A stretch of DNA of 64,000 nucleotides from the human T2T-CHM13v2.0 reference genome, Homo sapiens. Location: the NCBI RefSeq assembly GCF_009914755.1, contig NC_060933.1. The stretch is one strand, 5' to 3'. Made by a program: the position numbers and the translations under genes. This document shows, in pieces, positions 13,818-27,714 of the stretch (position 1 is the stretch's first letter; every line of letters starts with the position of its first letter). The notes below the pieces were generated by a model. That model was not told the DNA's origin and did no database searches. It saw nothing but the letters and a program-made list of their open reading frames with translations.

Positions 13818-13858
13818 CAGAGCTCTCTGTCCTCCCAGAGCTCTCTGTCCTCCCAGAG
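13818..13858. repeat. 18-bp tandem duplication
   Basis: cagagctctctgtcctcc x2 plus cagag. Confidence 0.95.
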
Positions 13859-15459
13859 GGGTCTTGATGGTGCTGGTAAACTGTGCTAAAGCTGCATGGA
13901 AGCTGGGCTGGGAGCTGAGGGACACAGGCAGGGGCCACCTAGCTCAGGGTCTGTGTGAGTATGGGGCGGAGGCTCTCATGGGCTTCCTGAGGAGGGGCTG
14001 CCAGATCCAATTCTCAAAGGCTGACAAGGACACAGATGGGCAAACAGCATCAGGTGCTCCAAGTCTAAGGACCAGCAAGCCCAGCGACCTGGCCCAGAGC
14101 ACGGCAGGTGTGAAACACGGTGGCTCTCCGTGAGGAGCTCAGGGTGCAGCGTGGTGTGGGGGAAGTGGGGCTGCAGATGCAAGCAGAAGCCGTGTCAGGA
14201 GGGACTTTGCTCTTCCACTAGGAAGTCTGGCCTTGGCTGTGAAGGCACTGGGCGTTGCAGAAGGACTGAGAGGAGAGGGCCATGCCCAGCACCGTGTTCA
14301 TGCACACATTTAGAGAAACTGGGCTTTTTCAGGAAATTTGGATGGAGGCTTTTGTGGCAACCCTGACCTGATGGAAGATAAAGATGTCAATATACACATG
14401 GTCCTGATGGGAGATATTTTGGAGATAGAATTGGTGGGCCTATTTACCAAGTAGCCCAAAGGGTGGGAGGGGGACTCTGCCATTGTTTGGGATCTTTGGT
14501 GATTTCTTTTTAAGGAGCTGATGGCTCAGGCAGAATGGTTCTAAGGGCCTTGAACACAGGCCTCTCCCACACATCTTCCTTAATAGACTCCCGACTCCAG
14601 ACAGGAGTCCAACATTAATACTTCATATCTGGGTGACCAAACCCTGCTGGCTCACACCTAGGAGAGGAGCAAGTGGAGGAAGCAGAGCCTTCTGGGAGGA
14701 GTGGGAGGAAGGCTTGCAAGGGGATGAGGCTGCTGCACCCAAGGGGAACCAAGCCTGGGTGCAGTGGGGTCTTGCACCCTCCTCCCAGTGTTCCACAGGA
14801 TGGGTGTCTATGCCCAGGAGAAATGCACAGGAAGGGAGACACCTAGAGACACTCCCGTGGTCCAGACACATGGTGAACCCAAGCCCAGAAGACAGTCCAG
14901 GCTGACAACAGTAAGGCAGGGGCTGAACAAAACCCATCAGGGAGCAAGCTAAGGTGGTTGGCTCCTCCTGACGAATATTCAGAAGTGCTACCTTTGCTCT
15001 TTTGAGTAACTAAAATTCAGCCAAATTGCATAGGAGAGAAGCCTCCTCCTGCCTAGGCTCCTCCTGGGCTGTTCAGGACAGCTGCAGCCAAGTTCAGACT
15101 TAGAGCTGTGAGTAAGCAAGAGGAAGCAAGGCAGGCAGCTCTACCGCTGGCAGGTCTGAGGCATCCCAGACAGCTCCGTGCAGCAAATTCTTCTGCAGTG
15201 ACTGTTTGGCATCATCTGGGTGGAAACAAAACAAAACAGGTGAACAAAGAAACAGGAGCTGTAGCTTGCCAGTTTATAGGTATTTTTAATTGCCTCTTAG
15301 CTTTCTTGGTGCAGACATAGCATCCCTTTCTTTAAGTTTTGGGGGCTCACTAACCTTACAAGATGGTGGCATGAAAGTTCCTAGCACAGAGACAGGTCCA
15401 CACAGATACTAAATAAAATAACTCAGTGAAAATTGTCCAAATCAGAGAAATGATTTGAA

Positions 15460-15645
15460 GGCATCTTATTTGTCAGGCTCTGTATCTATATTATTTCAAC
15501 ATCTCAAGTTCAGCTGTAGAGACAACTATATTATTTTGATTTAGTTGACAAGGAAACAGAGGCTCTGAGCATGTAGGTAACTTGTCCCTACTGTGACAGG
15601 CTGGGGTTCAGACCCAGAGCTAACTCCAAAATTTACACTTTTAAA
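15460..15645 (-). mobile_element. MIR fragment
   Basis: gacaaggaaacagaggctctgag...ggtaacttgtccc...ggctggggttcagacccag (MIR core, antisense). Confidence 0.7.
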
Positions 15646-16529
15646 AGGGAAATGTGGGTGGGAAGAATAGGATCTGTGGTCTGTTGATATTTCTTCTAGT
15701 GAGAACCTACCAGTGCCTTTTCCTCAAGGTATCAGGTAGATCAACCTGGAACATTCTATTTTGCTTCCTGTAACCCTCCAATGGTGTAGGGGAGTTGAGG
15801 TGAGGAAGGGGTGGGGTGGTAAAGGTGAAAGTCAATTTCAATCTTTTAGTTATAAAAGTCCATGGGTAGATTCCAATGCCTTCCTTCACCAGCCTATTTC
15901 TGCAAATTCTCCAGTGTGTCCATCCACCCTTAACTGTGTTCATAAATCATATCTCACAAACTTCATCATCCCTTAACTTTGTTGTAGCACCTGGTCACAA
16001 TTTTCTTCTTACTAAATGATATATCATGATTCAGCAACCATGCAGAGGACAACTCAATTCTATGTCAACCTTGTAGGCATAAAAATGAAGCAAACAAGCC
16101 TTCAAGAAGGCCACTTGCAGGCATGTATACTGACCTCAGGCCTCTCTTGGCCCAATGTTTGTGAACAGAAGTCAGAAGGTGGCAGTTGGGGGATACAGAA
16201 TTTACTTTGTAGTTTGCAAAAGAAACAAGCAATCTTTGAGATCCAGGCCCTTCTATGTCCTGCAAATCACAACTGATGTTTCATCTGCATTTGCACAAAA
16301 GATTCTTTTGCCCCCTGGGGTGCCATATTTTCATCACATACCGCAGTGCTGAAAATGCTGCTTTGGTTTGTGTGAAAGAAGGGATGGAAGACTTTAGTGA
16401 GTTTTTAAAGTATTCCTTTTAGAATTAAATGAATACTGTGGAACAAGGACATGTTACTGAATCACACCGATCAAGTCTGTGGTCCAACCTTTGAGCCCTA
16501 CAAGGGGCAGCCAGGACACCAGCCTCATA

Positions 16530-16890
16530 TGTAACCTAGTGGGGTTGCCATAGCAGAACACCATAGACTGGGTGGCTTAAACAATAAACATTTATTTCTC
16601 ACAGTCCTGAAGGCTTGAAGTCAAGATCAGGGTACCAGTATGGTCAAGGTCTTGGTAAGGGCCCTCTTTCTCATTCACAGATAGTCATCTTTTAGTCATC
16701 TCACAGTGGAGAGCAGAGGGAGAAAAGACAAGCTCTCTCAAGTCAGTTCTTGTAAAGACACTAATCTCACCATGAGGGTTTCACTCTGTGACCTATTTAC
16801 CTCTCAAAGACCCCATCACCAAATGCTTTCACATTGGGGATTAGGGTTTCAATATATGGATTTTGGAGGGATACAAATATGTCCTTGTCA
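16530..16890 (-). mobile_element. MaLR solo LTR (MLT1A0/MSTD-like)
   Basis: ccatagactgggtggcttaaacaataaacatttatttctcacagt...acattggggattagggtttcaatatatggattttggaggg. Confidence 0.9.
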
Positions 16891-18345
16891 TATAGTAATT
16901 GACACAGTGTGGTATCAGTGAAAGAATAGACAAGCATCTCAACAGAACAGTGTACAGAGCCCAATAGATTCACATAAATATAGTCAACTGAACTTTGACT
17001 AAGACAAAGGCAATACAATGGAGAAATGTCTTTTTAACAAATGGGGCTGAAACAACTGGACACCCTCATGCCAAAAAAAAAAAAAAGTTCTAGATACAGA
17101 TCTTGTACTCTTCACAAAATTAACTAAAGTAGGCAATAGACTTGAGTCTAAAATGTAAAACAAAACTCCCGGAAGATAACATAGGAGAATACCTAGATGA
17201 CCTTGGGTATGGTGATGACTTTTTAGATACAACAGCTAAGGCTCAGTCCATGAAAGAAATAATTGATAACTGGATTTCAGTAAAATAAAACATTTTTGTG
17301 CAGCAAAAGACAACATCAAGAGAATGAGAAGCCAAACAACTAGATTAAAAAATGAGTGAAAGACTTTAATAGAAATCTTACTAAAGAGGAGGTACAGCTG
17401 GAAAGTAAGCATGTGAAAAGATGCCCCACATCATTGTCATTAGGGAACTGCAAATTGAAACAATGAGATACCACCACACACCAAAACCCAGAACTCTGAC
17501 AACACTAAATCCTGGTGAGGACATGGAGCAGCAAGAACTCTCATTCAATGCTGATGGGGATGCAAAATGTACAGTCGCTTTGGAAGGCAGTTTATCAGTT
17601 TCTTACAAAACTAAACATAAGATCTAGCAATCATGCTCCTTGGTATTTACTCAAAGGAGTTGGAAACTATGTCCACACAAAAAAAACTGCATATAGATGA
17701 TTATAGTAGCTATATTCATCATTGCCAAAACTTGGAAGCAACCAAGATGTCCTTCAGTAGGTGAATAGATAAATAAAATGTGGTACATTCATACAATGGA
17801 ATGTTATTCCACCCTAAAAAGAAAGGAACTATCAAGCCATGAAAAGACATGGGGGAATCCTTAAATGCATATTACTAAGTGAAAGAAGTCAACCTGAAAT
17901 GGCTACTTACTGTATGTTCTAATTATATGACATTCTGGAAAGGAAAAAATATAGAGACAGTAAAAAGTCAGTGGTTGCCAGGAGTTAGAAGGGAGAGAGG
18001 GATGAATAGGTTGAGCATAGAAGATTTTTAGGGCATGAAAATAACTACCCTGTGTGATATTATACTGGTGGATACATGCCATTATACATTTGTCAAAACC
18101 CATTGACGGTACCGCCCCAAAAGTGAATTCCGATGTCAACTATGGACTCTGGGTAATAATGATATGTCAATGTAGATTCATCCATTGTAACAAATGAACC
18201 TCTCTGGTGGGGAGATGTTGATAATGGGGAAGGCTGTGGATGTGTGGGAGCAGAGGGTAAATGGGAAATCTCTGTACTTTTCACTCAATTTTGCTGTGAA
18301 CCTAAAACTGCTCTAAAAATAAAGTTTATTAATTATTTTTAAAAT
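16891..18345 (+). mobile_element. L1M (L1MC1/2-like) ORF2 3' end and 3' UTR, degenerate
   Basis: ORF2-like segments (gatgaccttgggtatggtgatgactttttagatacaaca; aaaacttggaagcaaccaagatgtccttcagtaggtgaat) and L1MC 3' end (caattttgctgtgaacctaaaactgctctaaaaataaag). Confidence 0.92.
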
Positions 18346-18469
18346 AGTAATATTGCCAGTGAGGAAGAGCCTGCAGAAATGGAGCAACTAATTAAAGGAA
18401 GGTATTTCTAATGCCCCCTTTTGCAAGTATTGATAATCAGATAAGTCCACCTGCAGATGGAAAAGTATG

Positions 18470-19015
18470 TGGATATGTTGTCTTTTGCTATGTAAAAAAT
18501 TACCCCAGACTCAGTGGCTTAAAACAACATATATTTATTACGTCACCATTTCTATGGGTCAGGAATCCAGGCTGGATTCTCTGTGAAGGGTTTCCAACTG
18601 GCTACAATTAGGGTGTTAGCTGGCCTGCATTCATTCCTGCAGCTCAGGGTCCTCTTTAGTTCCTGAAAGTTGTAGGACTGAGGCTCTCATTCTCTGCTGG
18701 CTGCTTGCCAGGGGCTGCTCTCAGCTCCTGGAGGTTTCTGGGGTTCCTTGCTACTTGGCCCCATCCACAGCTTCTCTCATGCTTAGAATCTTTCTTTCTT
18801 CAGAAAGGGCCTTTAAGAATCTTACCTGACTAGGTCAGGCCTTCCTGGATAGTCTCTTTTAATCAATTCAAAGTCAGCCAAGTTTTGATCAAATTATGAA
18901 ATTGCTGTTCCGTCGTATTCATGGGTTTCTCCCTCACCTAAGGGGGGGGATTCCACAGGGCATGGATGTGAGAGGGTGGAAATCTTGGGAGTCACTGTAG
19001 AATTCTGCCTGCTAT
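18470..19015 (-). mobile_element. MaLR LTR (MLT1E-like)
   Basis: cagtggcttaaaacaaca...tgtaggactgaggctctcattctctgctggctg...taggtcaggcc...agaattctgcctgcta. Confidence 0.85.
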
Positions 19016-20265
19016 GGTGTTTCTATTTTATAACCATACAAGACAAGAAATTAACCACAGCCAAATAAAGCATGCCATGTCTAGTAGCTTAAATCTTTGC
19101 CCCCCGGAATCAACTGGCTTTGGCAGGTCTTACTGAGCTGCAAAAGCAAGTTACACAACCTCCCTGGGTTCCCCGTCTGTATGATGTGGATCATGACCAG
19201 ACCCATTTCATGGAGTGGCACAGAAGATTTACTGATCTCATCCCGGCACAGCTTTTGGTTTGGTGCTTGGTGCATGGTGACTCAGAGTGAGTGAGCATCT
19301 CTTGTGAGTGCTTTTCTATAAAGTTGTTATAAGGCCCTGGCAGGGCGTGTGGGGTTATCTTGTGCTTGCAAACACCACAGTGCTGTTGTCAAAACTGAGA
19401 ATTGGAAAGGAGCCCAAGACCACAGAGCGCTTGGGATGGGAATTCTGCAAGCTAGGTACAAGCCTGCCTGAGGACGTGAGGGATTAAGCTGTGAAAACCT
19501 ACAGGACCCAGCAGACCCTTGGATGTGGCTAAATCTTCAACCAAACATACACCCATCCTCAGTTGAGTAGAGCGGAGCCATCCAGCATGGGATGGGGCAA
19601 TATGGCAGAGTTGACACGATACATGAGGCTGGTGACATCACCACTGATTACCCTGTGCTTTAAAGGACAATTAGGGACCCTCTGAGGTCCTAAGTACTGA
19701 AAAATTGTGTACACATTCCCATGCTGTAGTCCTACTTCTAATGCCAACTCTATTGTGGCCCAATTAAGGGAAATTAAACTGCTTTCCTCCTGGGAAACAA
19801 GTTGCATAAACCCAACGCCCTGGATGGCCCCATGCAAGTTACTTAACAGCTTTGCCTTAAGTCAATCAAAACATGGCCTGCCTTGGGAGACAGTCATTAG
19901 AGAATGCTGGCATGGCATCTTCTGATGGTAATTATTGTTATTGGGAGGCGCTCATCAAGAATGTTGAGCATTGTTTTGCAAGAGGCTGTGTTTATTAAAA
20001 TGCAAATTATCCTATGCCACCCTCTCCTCTTCAAGCTTTGGAAATCAAAGAGAAGTATGCAGTACATGTTTATTTTAAGACAACTTTTCCCACCAACTTA
20101 GTCCTATAGCTTGCAGTTGAAATATTGGATGACTATATGTCTTTTGGCAGGGGTACTTGTTTCATTTTTATGTACCTTTTGGAAAAGAAATACCAGCAAG
20201 TATGGTGTTCAGTCCAATTATGGCCTGAATGGAGAACATGTGTCTCGGACACTTCAGACTCTAGA

Positions 20266-20596
20266 CCTGTGCTGGCCCACATGGCCACTATCAGCCACGT
20301 GTGGCTATGGAGCTGTTGAAATGTGGCTGCTCTGAACTGAGACGTGCTGTATGTGTAAAATACACACTGAGTTTTGAAGACTTACAACGGAAAATACAAA
20401 GAAAAATAATACATTAATACTTTTTGGGAACTGATTACATGTTGAAATGATAATATTTTAGCTATAGTGGGCAAAATCATTTTTATTATAAAAATTAATT
20501 TTACCCGCTTCTTTAGACTTTTTGAAAATGTGGCTTCTAGAAAACGTACAATTGCAGATGTCTCTCGTGTTCTATTTCTGTCTTTCAAGGCTGCCC
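20266..20596 (+). mobile_element. MER33 (hAT-Charlie non-autonomous DNA transposon)
   Basis: cagccacgtgtggctat...ttgaaatgtggct...aactgagacgtgctgtatgtgtaaaatacacact...tgattacatgttgaaatgataatatttt. Confidence 0.85.
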
Positions 20597-20980
20597 TGGA
20601 TGGAATGGGGGCCATGGTTTGAAGCTTGGCTGTGTTGCTTGGAATTACCGCCCTCTTGGGCATTCTGCTTCTGAGGCTGCAATTGCCAATCTCACCAACC
20701 CACCGGACCAGAGGACCCTGGCTTCCAAGGTATTGGCATCCCCTGATCAAGGTCTGTATGAGACTCCCCCATTGTCTAGCTTATTCCCACTTGCTTGACA
20801 CACCTTCCCCATGTCCCAGCCACCTTTATGCCTGGTTGCCCAAACATTACAGGTCTGCGGTTCCCATGAGACACTGAACGAGCTGTTCCACTGCATGGAA
20901 TCCTTCCAGCCTGAATGCTTCTGGGACCTCCTGTCCCCCACAAAAGCCACGTTTCCTCTCCCCTCCTCTGACAAGCCTTT

Positions 20981-21055
20981 CCCGAGGCACCTGCCCATGC
21001 ATAGTCTCAGGGGGTCTCCCCCGAGGCACCTGCCCATGCATAGTCTCAGGGGGTC
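20981..21055. repeat. 39-bp tandem duplication
   Basis: cccgaggcacctgcccatgcatagtctcagggggtc repeated at 20981 and 21020. Confidence 0.96.
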
Positions 21056-21059
21056 CCTC

Positions 21060-21240
21060 CCTGCATTCTCGCTGGGCCTTGTCTATGTGTTTATTATAGT
21101 GCATTGACATCGTGTTGAAATTGTCTGTTTATGCATCTATCTCCTCATTAGGCTGCTTGCTCCTCAAGGGTAGGGAATCACAACTTTCTATCTGTGTATC
21201 CATGATACTTAGTAAATATTTGTGAAATGCACATAGATTG
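21060..21240 (+). mobile_element. L2 3' end fragment
   Basis: ttgtctgtttatgcatctatctcctcattaggctgcttgctcctcaagggtaggga...cttagtaaatatttgtgaaatg. Confidence 0.65.
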
Positions 21241-22714
21241 AAAGAGTCAGAGGGTAAATAGCGCTTGGTTGCTAACATTGCGCCACCGCACAATGCTGCA
21301 CCAATGGCTGTGGTGCTGCAAGCTTTATTTTTAATTTTCTGTTTGTTATTATTGTTATTATTTTTAATGACAATGAAAACCACTGCAGGGAGTAAACCCA
21401 ATGACTCTCCTCTGGAGTGATAAAGAGTCCACGATGCACTTTCTTCCCTTTCCAGGCAGCCAGCCTCCCCTGGGGTCACCCACAACCCTGGTTTGTTATG
21501 GTGGGTTGGACCACGGAGGAATGCCACAACATGCCAATTAACCACCTGCTGGGACGGTGATCTTGCTAACATGAAACATGGAGGGTGATTGGCTGTTTGC
21601 CTGTTTTCATAAGAGATAGAAATCTCCTGCTTTGTGCCATGCAGGTCAGTGTTTGTGTAGTTTAGGCTGCGCGTCTGTTTGGGGTTGTTGAGGCCACACC
21701 GCCCCCACATGAGGACGTTGCTCCCTGGCCTGAATTGCCCTCCTTTTGCCGAACCACAGGGCAGAGCTCCTTGTGCAGGGCACTGCCCACCTTCCCACTA
21801 CAGGGTGCAAATTCAGACAAAATATTCAGTTCCAGGGATTCCCTGCTTCAGGATAATTCAATATACAGAAAGCTAACTTTCAGAAACAAGGATTGACTAG
21901 AAGCAGTTCTTTCCCTGAGAAAGGAACTTCCTGGGGACCTGCTCTAAGTTCTTATAAGGCATCGACATGACTCAGTCAGAAATAGTCTTTGATTTGTAAT
22001 TTAATTGACTCATAGCTTTACAGACATATGCCTTTTGATAGATGGGAACCCAGTTTTTTTTTGGTGAGAAGAGCAAAGAAAGTTTTGCCTGTCCAAATAA
22101 CAACAACAACAACAAAATAACTCATAGAGGAATCCACTAACTCATTTACCTACAGAGCTGCAAGGGGAATCCACTGAAAGCTGCAGAGTGGGGAAGTGAG
22201 GCGGGAAGCATGAGGCACTCCCGTGTGACGCTGTGGTGGTGGGTAACTGGGCCCATGCCCGCAGCTTACCTCCTGGTGGTGGCAGGCCCAGCTCCTCTCT
22301 TGCGACAGTGACCTGCTGGTCACATCACACCACCGCTGGGTCCAATACCATATTGCATTTCTCCATCATAGACGCCTCCCCCTAGAGCCAACTGGAGGTT
22401 GCAGTTTGTTCAATGAGACCCAGATTTGAAATTCAAGATATGTGTTGTTTTCCTCTGTGGGATACTGGTGTTGTTAGCATGTCACTTGTTGGCCCTTTAG
22501 GGATAGGTTCCAAGTTGCCAATCCACCCAGCCCTGTGTGGCCCTAAGCCCAGCTGCCAATACTCTCCCTGTGACTTTCCTGAGAGGTGGTGTGAGGAGTC
22601 TCACTGGCCCAACAGCCAGGAACCCAGCTTCTGCAGACACTGAGAGCATGCTCTGTCTGACTGTCAACAATAGTCCTCTATTCTCAGTCCATCTCTGGGA
22701 AGGTTTGATGTTAG

Positions 22715-23134
<420 letters not shown>

Positions 23135-25273
23135 TAAAAAATTCAAGTACTGGCCTTGTATTGACTGCATATTGACTATATCAAGGCAGAGACTCAGCAC
23201 ACAGGGCTTCAGACAGTGTACTGGGCTAAAAGTTAGTGACTGGATTCTGGATCCTTATTGACTCTGAGGTTCCATGGCCTCATTTTACTCACCAGGCCTC
23301 AGTTGAATCATTTGGAATCTGAACACATGGCCCTACATACTCCAATAGCCTGCAAAGCCCGTGAACAAACGAAATCGCTGAGATGATTCAACTGTCAGTG
23401 CCCTGTGTCAACGTGAATGAGCTGAGTAGAGAAGCCCCTCCCTCCTTCACATCACAGGAGTCAACAGCTACTGAGACCTGTGGATCTTCACAGTTGGAAA
23501 TATTATGCCCCTGGAAAAGCAGTTATGTCTCTAATGCTTTGATTCGTTCCAAAACTGCATTTAAAACAAGAAGACATAAAACTGCCCCACTGAACAGTGT
23601 GATTCAGACAGGTGACCTGTTGTTTTCTCTTAGTCAATCAAAACATCATGTCCAAATGTTTTTTTCCTGCAAATTGACTGAACTGATTGTTATTAGCATG
23701 TCAATGCTTCAAAAGAAAGTGCTAACTTCAGAGCCAAATGTAGGATTGGTTTTGTTGTTCCATACGTAGATACTTTAGCATGTTTACCATTGTGGTTGGC
23801 AGTTTGGAGCGGGAGTTAAATATATCATGTTTAAAATGCAATGATTAATATTAACTCTGACTAATAATATTCACAGCACATGATATTTTCACATTTCTTA
23901 CCTCATTGGAACACGCTGAAAACTCAATGAGGCCAGTATTTTTGTTTATTGAAAGGTACCCTCGTGCTCAGAGAAATAAAGTTGTTTTCAGGGTCACGAG
24001 CCTGTGGGCTCATGAGCCAGGTGTTCAGACTTATGTCCCTACTCACTCCATCATGTCCTATGCCTTTAAAATATGCATTTGTAACAGTTTTAAGTGACAA
24101 ATCAAATAAGCAGGTTGAAATAAATAATGCAGTTATTGAGAATATCTGAAGCTAAAGATTTTACAATACATCTAGCAAAACATTTCTATTTTAAACTACT
24201 ATTTAAATAAAGGTTGTTAGTGCTCTGTGATCCGTATCAGCCCTAGTCTTCATTCCTTTGGATTACTGAAGGTCTTTATGGCCATTTATTCATTTAAGAG
24301 CAATAATTGCATTTTAAGCAATTTATTTGAAGGGCCAGTGACACTTATTTAACATGCCTTTTATTAATTATTAAGATAAAGTTCTTTCTGGGCTCACTCT
24401 TTATAACTATGCATTACAAAGAACAGCTTTCTTATGTCTTTTCTTTGCAGAAAAGCCCCTATCAGTTTCCTTAACATTCAACTAAACCTCCCTCCTCTTA
24501 TAGGATTTAATGGGATTGACATTCATCTAAAGGGTTTAACTTGGCTTCTGTGTTATAAAGTGGCCTCTGTTGGATAGGACTCAGTTAATTCCATATATCT
24601 GGTTGAAATACAGAGCAACACATGATTCCTAAGTACAGAGTGCATTTCTCTCACTACAGTGCTGAAGTCTATAACTAGGGTGCTGTCCCCAGGCTTCACA
24701 AGTTTATTATTATAGAAGACCTCTCATCCACTGTCCTCCACGCCAGTACCTCCACCTGGTCTTTAGCAAAACGAGGAAGGCCAGTGTGGAAGCTCTCACC
24801 AGCCAAGAACCCACTGTCTATAACTGACACCAGAATGAAGTGGAGTGGGTAGGACAAGGGGCTTCTGGCAGGCCCAGTGAGCTGGTAGCATTTGTGGACA
24901 GCCAGTCATGTGCTGAAGCTTCCAGCATTCAGCATACAAGGTGTTCATTGTGTAAACTGCAGGATAGATACAGGGCTTGGGAGAAAGTCTTCTGTTGAGG
25001 CTCGCAACTCCAGGCATTTTGCAGAGCTAAGTCAGCATCATCAGTAACAAAGAGTACTCTTGCACATGACACAATTAGCTGAATCTAAGGAATAGTCTTT
25101 TTAAAATAATAAGGGACACAGGAGACTTTTCCAGAAAGTAAACGAAATCTAAGATCAGGTCTCACCTTAGATTATCTGGCCTGCAGCTGATGACGTGGAG
25201 GACAATGCTTGACTTGGTGCCAGTCAAGACACTGGACCAGAAATGATCACTGCTGGAGAAAAAAAAAATGCAG

Positions 25274-25425
25274 ACACACACACATGTGTGCATGCATACA
25301 TGAACACACACATACACTCATGTACAGAGATATAACTATACACACAGGCACACACACACATGTGCACTTACTCACAGATATATGCCCAAATACGAACACA
25401 TACACACATGCACGCACACAAACAC
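25274..25425. repeat. Degenerate (CA)n low-complexity tract
   Basis: Interrupted cacacaca/catacaca runs. Confidence 0.85.
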
Positions 25426-27604
25426 AATCAGTTTCTCTTAACTCTTTAAATCCTTTTCTTTTATCTGTTAAATTCCTTAAATAAATGTTCACCTAAAATG
25501 CTTGAGTAGGACTGATGTTTTTCATCTCCTAAATTGTGTGGTAGCTCAGATGTGGGTAAGTCAGTCTACAAGCACTAGGCTGAAAACAGCTGAAGCACTA
25601 AGCACTATATTATTTTATTGTAGCTTTCCTCTGAAGAACTCTAAACACTTTGTTGAGCATATCTTGTGTTGCTTTACCTGGGAGAAAACAGTTGTTATTA
25701 TTCCCACTTTCCTAGAGGGAAATGGACATTGTGTGTAAGTCAACCAGCCCTCAGTAATGCTGGGGCCAGGGAACCTGCCCTTCTCTCACTTATGCTAAAT
25801 GGGACATTTTTAATTTTGTTTACTACTGTGGGTAGAGACTATATCTGTATGGACTGCTACACCTCCTGGGAGAAGCAGATATATTCCTGAATGTGAAATA
25901 GTATAGAAACAGTTCTTTAATCTGATGATATTTTAAGTGCTCCAGGAGAAATTGCTATAGGAGATTTGCAGAGGTTTTTCATGGAGGCAATTAATGATTG
26001 ACAATCAATATACAGTCAGTAAATGATTGGATTTTCCCATAGAGCAATTGCCTCACTAATCTTTTAGAAATATGAGAATGAGAAATACACACTGTTAATT
26101 AACAATTATTATTAACTAACATTGTCCCCAATCTCCCAAAAACCTTCTTGGCATTCTGGAAGTTCCATCTGGAACCTGCAGAAGAAGCTGTGTCCCAGTA
26201 CCTTCTGGCTCCTGCACCACTCCCTGGCTCATCCCTGGATTGGCCTGTGTAGGCAGCAGAGGCCACCTCCACTGAGGATGTGGATCTGCCGGCTTTGCCT
26301 CCTCCAACTTCTGTTGGGGCTGCCCATGGGGAGCAATGTGAGCAAACCCTTAGACAACTTGCATGGCACCTAAGCTCTGGTGCATTTTAATTAGTCATGG
26401 AGCAGTGGAGTCCTCCAGCCCTTTCACAGAAGCAGGCTCCATGTGCACTGCTGATCCTTAGGGGACATTAAGCATTCTGAGCTGCTTTGCCTCTACCAAA
26501 GCGTGGTGTGCTGACAGCTGCTTGCCCCCTACTGTGGGTTTTGCAAGAGAGGAGTTTTGTATTCATCTGTTTGCCACCGTGATCCAGGAACCCTTTTCTC
26601 GCTCAGGAGGACGACTGATTCCGAGGTACCGCGTAGACTGGAATCTCATCTCATTTCTTCCTTGCTTGCTACCAGGACCGAATGGCGCGGCTCACTCATG
26701 CATTCCTCAGAATGCTCAGAGCATGCTCTGCCCTTCCCCATGGAAGGCTGGGCCAGCCCTTCCCTTCTTCATACATAGGACAGGACCCTGGGAGGTTCAG
26801 TCCTGCCTCATTCTTCCTGCTGCTGCTGGCCTTACCAGAATTCCCACTGGCATCAGGATTTGCACAGCCAACCTTCTGCTGTGTGGCAGTCATGTGTTCT
26901 TATGAGAGTAATGCTGGAGGTGGCATCTGAGATGCAGGAAGAAAACATCATTGATGAGCAACATAAAAGAGCAAAAGCATTCAATGCTCAAGAGGATGTT
27001 CTGGATCCCAGAATATTTATCCCACACCAAACTGATAGCAGAGACGGGGTTCAAGTCCAGGTGTTGGGATGGCTGAGAAAGGGGTTCAGACAGAGCTGGG
27101 AGTGAGCCCAGGGGTGCAAGGGCATGGCAGCATCTCCACACTCCACTTCCTCATCTGTAGAAGGGAGGCCTGGATGCCTGTCTCAGCTGAAGGCAGGGAA
27201 TGGCAGCTATTCTGGAACAACTCACCAATTCTGTCTCCCTGTTGGTTTGTTTTCTTTTGGGGATGCTTGATATGTGCAAATGAAACCTGAGCATGTTCCC
27301 CACAGTGGAACACTTCTATCTATTCAATCTGGCCACATGATTATATAGTCCTATATCATCATAGGAATATATAAAGTGTGACTACATTTTATAACATCTA
27401 TTTTGTGGGGTAATTAAAACTGAAGAAGTGAGATCCTGGTGGGGATGAGTGAACCAGGCCTTTTTATGCCAGCTTCTATAAGAAAAGAAGTGGAGTTTGC
27501 TTTGTGTCAGTAAGCAGTGCAAAAATCAGACATAGATAGATAAACAGATAGATAGATATACATACATATAAACACACATATACATATGTGTACATAGCTG
27601 CAAG

Positions 27605-27706
27605 TGAGAATTTTGGAATTATTTTTTACGTGACTTGCTTTATTGCAATATTCACTTTATCGTGGTGGTCTAGAACTTAACCTGCACTATCTCCCAGGAA
27701 TGCCTG
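27605..27706 (+). mobile_element. Tigger1 3' terminal fragment with TIR
   Basis: gtgacttgctttattgcaatattcactttatcgtggtggtctagaac...aggaatgcctg followed by TA. Confidence 0.8.
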
Positions 27707-27714
27707 TATAAAAT

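Noticed and set aside
13662-13858. CRISPR-like repeat array
   Set aside because: Only two adjacent copies without spacers, in a primate genome
17421-17700. ORFs resembling L1 ORF2 C-terminus
   Set aside because: Short frameshifted pieces of a dead L1MC copy
21129-21710. 193-aa minus-strand ORF
   Set aside because: Contains a low-complexity poly-Asn from a (ttg/tta) tract and ends in antisense L2; no domain or splice support
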